Below, piece after piece: positions 54,900 through 64,000 of a DNA stretch of 64,000 bases (the stretch's first letter is position 1; every line of letters begins with the position of its first letter). The notes beneath the pieces are model-generated. The model was not told the DNA's origin, ran no database searches, and saw nothing but the letters and a program-made list of their open reading frames with translations. Position numbers and translations under genes: made by a program. The stretch is from an uncultured Methanomicrobiaceae archaeon. GTDB lineage: Archaea; Halobacteriota; Methanomicrobia; Methanomicrobiales; Methanoculleaceae. The stretch lies in the NCBI GenBank assembly GCA_963826525.1, contig CAWGXH010000005.1:295933-359932 (forward strand), in the 5' to 3' direction.

Positions 54900-56687
54900 A
54901 TGGCACCACTGCCCGAGACCATCCGTATATTCATCATCGGCGCCCTGCTCGGGATATCGGTTTTCCTGACCTATTACTTTCATGCGGTTCTCTCGGTCGG
55001 GGCCGTCTTCTCCCACTTCTTCTACATACCCATCATCCTTGCTGCGCTCTGGTGGGGGAGAAAGGGCATCAGCGTGGCGTTCTTCCTTGGCGGGCTGGTC
55101 CTGATAAGCCACTTCCTCCTCAGGACCGGCGTCGGGACCTTCAACGACTACGGGCGTGCGCTGATGTTTGTCGTGGTCGCAGTCGTCATCGCCACGCTCT
55201 CCGAGCGGTTAAAAAGGCAGCAGAAGGACACCGAGAGAGAGCGTGACCGGGCCCAGGGCTACCTGGACGTGGCTGCCGTTCTCCTCGTCGTCATCAACGC
55301 GGACCAGACCGTCGGCCTCATCAACCGCCGTGGCTGCGAGTTGCTCGGTTACCGCGAGGAGGAACTGCTCGGGAAGAACTGGTTCGACGTAGCGGTCCCG
55401 GAGCGCAACAGGGAGGACGCCCGCCGGGCATTCACCCGCATGGTGGCATCCGGGGTATCCAAGACACCCGAGACGGATGAGAACGTCATCGTGACGGGGA
55501 GTGGCGATGAGCGCACACTCATCTGGAAGGAGACCGTTCTCCGGGACACCGACGGCCGGGTCACCGGGGTCCTCGGGTCGGGGAAGGACATCACCGACCG
55601 GATCCGGGCGGAGGAGGCGCTCCGGAACAGCGAGGCCCAGCTCCGGACGATCGTCGAGAACCTGAACGAAGGGCTGGGCGTCTTCGACCTCGACGGCAAC
55701 CCGCTCCACTGGAACCGTGCCGCCCGGGATATCTTCGGACTGCTCGGCCTTGAGGATGCCCCCGGGAACGTGAGCGAGTTCGGCAATATCTTCGAACTTG
55801 CAACGATGGACGGTACCGTCCTCCCGGTGGAGGAGTGGCCCCTCTCCCGCGTCCTGCGCGGGGATCAGGTCCAGGATATGGAGGTGCGTACCCTGCGTAT
55901 CGGGACTGAGCGGCAGCGTGTATTCAACTACGGCGGCACCCTCGTCCGCGATGCGGACGGCAACCCGTTCATGGCGGTGGTTACGTTCACCGACATCACC
56001 GAACGGAAAGAGTCGGAAGAAGCCATCATGACGGCGAACGAGGAGGCGAACCTCTACCTGGACATCATGGTCCATGATATCAACAACGTCAATACCGTGG
56101 CACTCGGATACAGCGACATCCTCAGCGAAGACCTGGAAGGAAAGAACCGGGAGATGGCGCAGAAGATCTGGTCATCCGTCCGCCAGAGCATCGAGATCAT
56201 CCAGAACGTCTCCACGATCCGGCGTCTCCGCCCCCCAAACCCCGTCCTGAAACCCGTCGACCTCGACGCCGTCATCCGGACCGAGCTGAGCAGCACCCGG
56301 AGACCACCATCCGGTACAAGCGGCACGTCGGTCGACGTCAGGGCCGACGACCTCCTTTCTGAGGTCTTCACGAACCTGATTGGGAACGCCATCAAGTTCG
56401 GGGAGCCCGATGTCGTGGTCACGATCCGGGTCGAGGAGCAGGACGGGGAAGTGCTGGTCTCGGTCGAGGACACCGGCCCGGGCATTCCCGACGCGATAAA
56501 GCCCACCCTCTTCTCCCGTTTCCGGAAGGGGAAGAGTTCGAGGAGCGGCAAGGGTCTCGGCCTTTACATCGTGCGGATGCTTGTCGAGCGGTATGGGGGG
56601 AGCGTCCGGGTGGAAGACCGGGTGCCCGGCCGGCCGGAGGAAGGGGCGGCATTCCGGTTCACGCTCATAAAGGCGCGGGACGAGTGA
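54900..56687 (+). CDS. Membrane PAS-PAS sensor histidine kinase
   Basis: Four TM helices, two PAS domains, DIMVHDINN, NLIGNAIKF, DTGPGI, GKGLGL. Confidence 0.92.
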   Translation: MAPLPETIRIFIIGALLGISVFLTYYFHAVLSVGAVFSHFFYIPIILAALWWGRKGISVAFFLGGLVLISHFLLRTGVGTFNDYGRALMFVVVAVVIATLSERLKRQQKDTERERDRAQGYLDVAAVLLVVINADQTVGLINRRGCELLGYREEELLGKNWFDVAVPERNREDARRAFTRMVASGVSKTPETDENVIVTGSGDERTLIWKETVLRDTDGRVTGVLGSGKDITDRIRAEEALRNSEAQLRTIVENLNEGLGVFDLDGNPLHWNRAARDIFGLLGLEDAPGNVSEFGNIFELATMDGTVLPVEEWPLSRVLRGDQVQDMEVRTLRIGTERQRVFNYGGTLVRDADGNPFMAVVTFTDITERKESEEAIMTANEEANLYLDIMVHDINNVNTVALGYSDILSEDLEGKNREMAQKIWSSVRQSIEIIQNVSTIRRLRPPNPVLKPVDLDAVIRTELSSTRRPPSGTSGTSVDVRADDLLSEVFTNLIGNAIKFGEPDVVVTIRVEEQDGEVLVSVEDTGPGIPDAIKPTLFSRFRKGKSSRSGKGLGLYIVRMLVERYGGSVRVEDRVPGRPEEGAAFRFTLIKARDE

Positions 56688-56845
56688 ACAAATCCGGGCA
56701 AAGAGCCGGACGGCCCCGCAGTTCCCGGCTGCACGGGCCGCAATGGGGCATCAGCCGGCATAAACAAAGGAAATCCCTGGTACGCCCCGGAGAAAGACCC
56801 GTCGAAATAAAAAGGTTTTTTGCCAATCTGCATATTCTCTCTACT

Positions 56846-58355
56846 ATGAAACACCGTGCGATCACCGCTTTCCTGGCTGCATCCGCCCTCCTCTTCGTCT
56901 TTGCGGCAGGATGCATTGCAGCCACGGAAGAAGAACAAGATGGATATCCCCGCTTCCTCGCCGGCCGACGAGGCCTATGCGAAGGGGCTCGCCGAGTATG
57001 CGGACGCCAATTACCGGGTCGCCGAAGAACGCTTTGCAGAGGCCTACACCCTCTACGCCGGCGATCCGGATAAAGCCAGAGCAGCCAGGGACGCTATGTT
57101 CCGGGCGAACCGGACGGTCATGGTACCCGTTCGACACCGCGGCCGCGGAGGCAGCGATGCGGGAGAAGGTCCCCGGCATCACCGACGAGCAGATAGCCGA
57201 CTGGCTGGAGAACCGGGCCCAGAAGATTGTCTCGGAAAACGAGACGCTCTACTTCTACGACGTCGCCGGGAACTACCTCTACGCGCACTTCGACGAGATG
57301 CGGAAGCAGAACGAGAGGGGTCTCGACTTCGACTACCGGTCGGTATGCCTGGTCGAGGAACAGCCCGAAGGGCCCGGGCCGTACGCAACCCGGTGCACTA
57401 CGCGGGGACCGAACGGTTCGAATCCCCTCGAGACGCTCCCGACGACGGGCGTGCTGAAGATTCGGTTCCCGCTCCCGGTCGAGACGGACTCGCAGCGAAA
57501 CGTCACCGTCACCAACCTCTCGTGCCCCGGGTACATCGTCGCGGGCCCGGTCACCACGGGCGCTATCGGCTACGTCTACTACGAGATCCCGGCCGGGGCG
57601 GTCAACGGGAACCTCGTCCTCTCGGTGGATATCGCGTTCACCTCCTACGAACAGATCTTTGACGATATCGACCCTGCACTGGTCGGGAGTACAACACGAG
57701 CGATCCCGATACCTGCTCTACACCGCGTCCGAGCGCAATATCGAACTTACGGATGCGATCCGGAAGAAAGCGCTCGAGATCGTCGGGAACGAGACAAACC
57801 CGCACCTTCAGGCGCAGATGATCTACTACCATATCATCGAGACCTACCCCTACAGCCATGTCCCGCACGGTTCGCTCGAGCCCGCGAGCCCAAGGTCGCC
57901 GAGTCCACGCACATGTTCGAGACCGGCCACGGCGACTGCGGCACCCAGAGCATGCTTTTCTGCATTCTGCCGGTCGCTCGGGATCCCCGCCCGTGCTATC
58001 GGGGGTTACCAGATGGTCATAGCCGAGGCTCCCGGCACCCACTTCTGGCGGAGACCACCTCCCCGGCTACGGCTGGGTCCCGAACGACCCCACCGTTGCC
58101 GAGGCGGCCGACTGGGTCGCCATCTCCGACGAGAAGCGGTCGGCGTTCAAGGATTACTACGCCACGAACCTCGATCCTGCTCGCTTCGTCATCCAGAAGA
58201 ACGTCGATGCCCCGATGGACCCGGCCCTGCCGGAAGATGCCGCCATCTTCAGGTTAGTCAGGCAGGACCCGGCGATTGTCTCCGATACGGCAGACTACGA
58301 CCTGGATATCTTCTGGACGGAATCATTGAGCGTCAGTCTTGCGGCCGTCGACTGA
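56846..58355 (+). CDS. Transglutaminase-like domain lipoprotein (multiple frameshifts)
   Basis: Lipobox FAAGC, a TPR-like segment, catalytic GHGDCGTQSMLF, RSLGIPAR, HFWAE, and GW.PNDPT spread over several frames. Confidence 0.75.
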
Positions 58356-58917
58356 TACCCCTCTTTTTAGCAACAGGCCCTTTCCGATATCCCGGTGCCC
58401 GGGTAACTACGGGCCGTGCATCGCTACCCGTGTGAGCCATGGGCTCCCACCGACCCGGCCCCTCACGGTGATTATCCGATCGGATGCGCGGTTGCTGCCA
58501 TCCGTCGCGGGCAAGGTTATTGCACGGCAGATTCGCCGGCGCACGCAACCGGGTGTTGATAGTCGCGGTCGTGGATCGAGGCGGTTTTTCCCGAAACACC
58601 CATATGTTTGGGATAAAATCCTGGAATCAGCCAGATATCGGTCGAGTTTACTCCGGATGAAACTGCTGGAGATGGAAGCCGTCCTGAGAAATTTACATAT
58701 AACCAGAAAAAACAGGCGATGTGATACGATAGTTGCGTGGATGGGAGAGAGATTTTTCAACTAATAATGCCTATTTTTTTCTACCGAATTTAATAATCGA
58801 TATGAATTTCTCTGATGATAATACCGTAATATCTATCCGTAGAACAATTCGTCAACGTATATATGGATAGATCTCATATAACTTGGTTAACAAACCGATT
58901 TCAATCGCCAGACTGCC

Positions 58918-60084
58918 GTGTCACATCATGACTCCGAGAAACCCGCTGACCTGAGAAAGTTCGCAGCTCCTGAATTTATCTGTGGATACGGAGCACTGCA
59001 GTTGCAGGCCCGGTATGCACGCAACTTCGGGATGAAACAGGTGCTCCTCGACCACGCACCCGGGCGTCCGGCTGCAGGCTGGGCAGAGGCTGTCGGGGAG
59101 AGCCTGACAGAAGCCGGGGTATCGTTCACCATCTTCGACTCCATCTCTGTCAATCCCCGCTCGAGGCAGGTGATGTCGGGCATGGAGGTGTATCGGTCCG
59201 AAGAGTCCATCGGCATCGTCGCCGTCGGGGGAGGAAGTTCGATGGATTGCGCCAAGGGGATCGGGATACCAGGCGCTTCAACATGCGGGATATCCTCACG
59301 TTCGAGGGCGTCGACCATGTGCCGGTGCCTGCGCCGCCTCTCATCTGCATCCCAGGCGCTCCCGGGAGTTCTGCCGACGTCTCCCAGTTCGCGATCATCA
59401 CGGACGAAGAGCGAAAACGGAAAGATTGCCATCATCTCCAAGACACTCGTTCCCGACATCTCTCTGCTCAAATCCCGAACCGCTGACGACGATGTCTTCG
59501 GTTGACCGTGAAATACCGGCATGGACGCCCTCTGCCACGCGATCGAGGCCTACGTATCGAACGCCAGTTCCCCGATGACCGACATGCATGCCCTTGAGGC
59601 GATACCTACCGGCTCATCCATGACGCACTGCCTGCGGTCATCCTGGAGCCGGAAGACCTGGACCTGCGGTTCTCGACCCTCCTGGCGAGCCTTTCATGCC
59701 GGCCTGGCGTTCTCAAACGCCGAGCCTCGGAGGTGCATGCGATGGCGACGTCTCGGCGGGTTCTGCGATTTTCGCACGGGCGGTGCAATGCGCTGCTCCT
59801 TGAGCATGTGATCCCGGCCAACTACGAGGCGGCACCGGAGCGATACGGACCGGATAGGAGCGATCATCGGCCCGGCACAGGGCGAGATGGACGTCTCCGG
59901 CAAGAGAGGGTGGCGGCATTCAGGAGATCGCTGGCATCACCGAGACCCTCGCCCGCAATCGGTGTTCGCGAGGACGCGATCCACACCCTTGCCAGAAGGG
60001 CGTATACCGACCCCTGTATGGTAACGAATCCACGCAGGCTCACCTGCGAAGATATCGAAACGGATCTATAAACATGCGCTCTGA
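58918..60084 (+). CDS. ercA: Iron-containing alcohol dehydrogenase-like regulator, ErcA family (multiple frameshifts)
   Basis: LRKFAAPEF, NPR, AVGGGSSMDCAKGIG, SSADVSQFAII, GMDALCHAIEAYVS, DPCMVTNPR. Confidence 0.7.
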
Positions 60085-61208
60085 ACGTCCTGATACCGGG
60101 ATATGCTCCGGGAGAAGATCATCGGCCTTGGAGAGACGTCTCTCCATAAGAGTTACTATCCGGAGTATGCAGAGCCGGCTTGAGGAACTCGAACGGTTCA
60201 GGGCCCTGCTCGACCAGACGCACGACGCAATTTCCTGATCGGACAGACCGGGAAAGTTGCGGACGTTAACGCATCTGCGGGAGTGTCTCGGCTAATCAAA
60301 GGAGAGAGCCTGTTGCGATACCGTTTGCCAGGCTGATCTCCCCGCAGCAGAAGGCCAGACTCTCTGAGTTCATCCGGAAGATCAGCGATCGTCCATCAGC
60401 GTCCGGCAGGTCTGCATTGCATCGCTTCTATCCCGGGAGGGGACGGAGATCCCGATGGAGATCACCGTCGGTCCGTCACTTTCGGCGGCGAGCAATATAT
60501 CGTAGCGATTGCACGGGCATTACGGACGGATCCGCACCCAGAGCGACTCAAGATAAAGGAGAGCGCTCTTGAATCGTCGACGAACGGCATCCTCATCGCC
60601 GATCTCACCGGGGCCGTATGTACGCCAACCCGGGTTTTGCCTCAATGTTCGGGTACCAGCAGAAGGAAGCGATCACCGGGAGAAACCTGGAGGCGTTCTT
60701 TGCAGACCCCACCCTCGGCGAAAAGATCACGGGTCATCTCCTGATAACCGTACGATCGTGGACGAGATGATCGGGCTGCGGGATAACGGATCCCCGTTTC
60801 ACATCCAGGTCTCGGGCAGCGTCGTGCAGAAAATGCCCGGCAGCCGCTCTGCATCATGCTGATCGTTATGGATATCACCGAGCGCATACTCACCGAACAG
60901 ATGCGACGGGAGACGTACTCGCAGATTGAAAAGAATATCGAGCAGTTTGCTGTTCTCGGGGATCATATCCGGAACCCGCTGCAGGTGATCGTCGGGTATG
61001 CGGAGATGATCGACGACCCGCTCGTCGCAAAGATCCTCGATCAGTCGTGCCGGATTGACGGGATCGTCACCGGACTGACCGGGGATGGGTCGAGTCGGCG
61101 AACGTCAGGCGGTTCCTGCGAAAGCACGGGGACGGTGCGGAGCCTCCTCTGCAGGCGTTTGTCCGGATCTCGACCCGGAAGAAGACTCCTGATTCTCCCG
61201 GGAGATAA
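60074..61208 (+). CDS. ErcS-like PAS protein with HisKA-like C-terminus lacking HATPase (multiple frameshifts)
   Basis: LREKIIGLGETSLHKSYYPE N-terminus overlapping the ercA stop, PAS fragments, and QIEKNIEQFAVLGDHIRNPLQVI...RGWVES. Confidence 0.65.
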
Positions 61209-61350
61209 AGCCGTCATCTTTTCGCCGAGGATGGCCTGCACGCTCTTCTTTGATGAGGTGAAAAAGGCCTGTCGCGGGTTTGAGCCACGTAAAGCGCGTC
61301 TGCTCTGAGCACAATACTACTGACAGGGATCTCTTCCCCAAAACAAGAAA

Positions 61351-61420
61351 CGCCCCGGCCAGGGATTCGAACCCGGTCGAAAGCCGGAGGCTTTCAGGAT
61401 ATCCACTACCCTACCGAGAC
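61351..61420 (-). tRNA. tRNA-Arg(CCG), with apparent indel errors
   Basis: GTCTCGG/CCGGGGC acceptor with G discriminator, GGGT/ATCC D stem, AAAGC-CTCCG-GCTTT (loop 2 nt short), TTCGAAT loop. Confidence 0.7.
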
Positions 61421-61469
61421 TGCCATATGATGTTGTCGTGTATGGTATAAAAGGCCAGCGGAGAGAGGG

Positions 61470-62499
61470 GGTTCCAACCCTCCGCGATTCATAGAGCTGC
61501 CAGATTTTGCACGCTCCTTCGTGGCTGACCATGCAGGGGCCCACCGGGGTGCGCGGGGTGCAGGCCTTCCCGAAGAGTGCAGTCCGACGGCCGGGCGATG
61601 CCGCGCAGCACCTTATCGCAGATGCAGGCGAATGCTTGTCCACGTGCCGGATTTCGATATCGAACTTCTTCGCGCGTCGTAGCCCTCGAACTCCGGCTTT
61701 AAGCGGAGGCCGGATGCCGGGATCACGGGAAAGCCGCGCCATTCGACGTCGAACGGCTCGAAGACCTCGTACATGAGGCGTTTGGCCTTGACGTTCCCCT
61801 CCCGGGTGACCACGCGCGGGTAGGCGTTGTCCACCCGGTGCACCCCCTCGTGGATCTGCTGCACCGCCATCAGGAGGGCGAGGAGGATATCTTCAGGCTC
61901 GAACCCTCCGACGACCTGGGGAACCGGGAACTGCTGGTCCTCCTCGTAGCCCATCACCGCGCAGACGTGGCCCGGGAGGATGAACCCGTCAAGCGCCGCC
62001 TCCCCCTGACCGAGGAGCCATGCCATCGCGGGCGGGACGAGCCGGTGGCACGAGAGGATGGAGAAGTTTTCGGGCGGGCGGGAGAGGATGGTGGCGGCGA
62101 CCGTCGGCGCGGTGGTCTCAAAGCCGACCGATACGAAGACGACTTCGCGGTCCGGCTCTCTTCTCGCGATCTCCACCGCCTTGTGGACGCCCTGCACCAC
62201 CCGGATGTCGCCGCCGCTCGACTCAAGCGACCCTTCGACCCGGGAACACGCAAGAGGTCGCCGTAGGTGGCGATGGTGCAGTCCCGCTCCACCAGGTCGA
62301 GCGCGGCATCGATCTCGCCCTGCGGCGTGATGCAGACCGGACAGCCCGGCCCCATCACGATCTTGAGACGCTCGGGGAGGATGCTCCGGAGTCCGGCGCG
62401 CGCGATCGCCGCCTCGTGCGTCCCGCAGATATGCATGAGCGTGATATCCCGGTCAACGAGGGCACGGAGCGTATCGAGGATTTCCTTACCAACCGCCAT
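61470..62499 (-). CDS. hypD: Hydrogenase maturation protein HypD (several frameshifts; end approximate)
   Basis: [46 protein letters not shown]. Confidence 0.9.
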
Positions 62500-62546
62500 G
62501 AATTATCATGCTTATATCTCCACCCAAAGCACATATTCAGTACCGA

Positions 62547-63576
62547 ATGAACAGCATCATCTACGGGAGTGCGCTCATTGTCGCCGGGGTCCTCGCAGCG
62601 TTCGTCGTTCACGGGTCTTTCGGTGGCTGCAGAAGCGGGCCGACCTCACTGAAATCGAGCTGGACGACATCGTCCTCTACTGGCTCGACAAACCTCTCTG
62701 TATCTCTATAGTCCTGGGTTCCGTCTCGATCGCCGTAACGCTCTTCGTCGACCCCGCGGCCCTCCTCGGGGAGGATACGCGTGGCTCTTCTCCGGGAAGT
62801 ACTTCTCCGCGGTGGCAATCCTCATCGCGGCATGGGCAATCTCCTCGTTTGCCTACAAGCTTCGTCAGCCTCTACGGCAGGTGGATAGCGTCAAAGACCG
62901 AGACCGATCTTGACGACCGGATCATCCGGCTGCTCGAAGTCTCGGCACGCTACGTGGTCTGGTTCATCGCCATCCTCATGATCCTCCAGACACTCGAGGT
63001 GGACATCACGCCGCTCATCGCCGGTGCCGGGATCGCCGGTCTGGCGGTGGCGCTCGCGGCCCAGGACATCATCTCCAACTTCTTTGGGGGTGCGGTGATC
63101 CTCATGGACAAGCCGTTTGCGGTGAACGAGCGGGATCAAGATCGACACCTACCTCGGGGACGTGCTCAGCATCGGCCCCCGGAGCACCCGGATTCAGGAC
63201 GATGGATTACCAGATGATCACCATCCCGAACTCAAAGGTCGCGAGCAGCGTCATCACCAACTACGCCATGCCGGACGTCAAGTTAAAGATCAAGGTCCCG
63301 ATCTCGGTCGCGTACGGCAGCGATGTCAAGCGGGTAAAAGAGATCCTCCTCGAGATCGCAGGCGAGGCGGCGGCGCGGTCGGAGTGCGTCCTCTGCGACC
63401 CTGCACCGACCGTCTACTTCCTTGAGTTCGCCGATTCGAGCCTGAACTTCATGCTCGTCATCTGGGCGAAAGCCTTCAACCTGGCCTGGGACGTCCAGGA
63501 CTACGTGAACACGCGCGTCTCCGAGCGGTTTGCAGAAGAAGGAATCGAGATCCGATCCCGCAGTGGACATCCATAG
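62547..63576 (+). CDS. mscS: Small-conductance mechanosensitive channel family protein (frameshifted)
   Basis: GAGIAGLAVALAAQDIISNFFGG, DKPF, IPNS, VAYGSD, FADSSLNF. Confidence 0.85.
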
Positions 63577-64000
63577 TCGGCATGATCAGGCTGCCGATAA
63601 AATTATTCCCCCTTTTTCCCGTACCAGCTGATCCGGCCCGGGTCTCAAGGAGTCTCAAGCACTTTGCGACCTCGGCGGGACGGAGGCCGGTAAGGACGGC
63701 GATATCGTTTGACGTGCAGGGCCGGCGCCTGATGGTCGCAAGGATGATTCGGCGGCGTCCTCGACCTCCGGCGGCATCGCCCGGCTCTCCGGTGCTGCCC
63801 CGATCGCCCGCGTTCCCGCCGAGCATTGACGCGATCCGCTCGATAGCCCCGGGCGTTGCCGGCTGGACCCGCATCTCGGTGCCGGGCCGATCGAGGGTGT
63901 TCACCTGGACGCGGTCCGGGCCGTGGCGGCGATGGCGTCCCTCAGGCGGAGGAGTTCCTCTTCGGTGTCGTTCTCGCCCGGGACGATGAAGACCTCGAGC
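63570..64000 (-). CDS. C-terminal part of a radical SAM protein (COG0731-like); truncated by the window edge, end approximate
   Basis: LEVFIVPGENDTEEEL...PDRVQVNTLDRPG...ILATIRRRPCT. Confidence 0.65.

Noticed and set aside
61351-61420. Pseudo-tRNA or attachment-site scar
   Set aside because: All arms and an upstream TTTATA box are present, and the defects match the local error rate.

Overview
GC-rich chromosomal segment of a methanogenic archaeon, most likely Methanomicrobiales (Methanoculleus/Methanofollis-like). Evidence: fae-hps fusion, an F420-dependent secondary alcohol dehydrogenase (adf), an intron-containing tRNA-Trp with a C/D-box guide, and archaeal TATA/T-tract signals. About 20 genes are split by 1-2 nt indels, most densely after ~57 kb. 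This is best explained by uncorrected long-read errors, so I call these genes frameshifted CDSs, not pseudogenes. Contents in order: output-less Cache/HAMP and roadblock-like signalling genes; a TIGR04283/radical-SAM/methyltransferase/TIGR04282 cluster; three DUF2795 genes (one with KGG repeats); a glycosylation operon; msrA; fae-hps; tRNA-Trp; an acyl-CoA synthetase; dadD/MTAP/NAPRT; tRNA-Ala followed by an integrase N-fragment and toxin-antitoxin genes; MarR plus bacterial-type Lon sharing an operator; a six-gene Ehr-type membrane complex; two paralogous PAS histidine kinases flanking an NCS2/HTH-PAS/adf segment; an ErcA/ErcS-like pair; tRNA-Arg; hypD; mscS. The strongest novelty candidate is the Ehr-type complex. 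Its NuoB-like subunit has lost all four canonical Fe-S cysteines, its large subunit lacks NiFe ligands, and it has no NuoI subunit, so it appears to be a complex-I-family machine with no redox cofactor. Other candidates are a highly structured GC-rich non-coding element at ~53.3-53.5 kb and the arsenosugar-like cluster. All family assignments are from motif recognition, not database searches.
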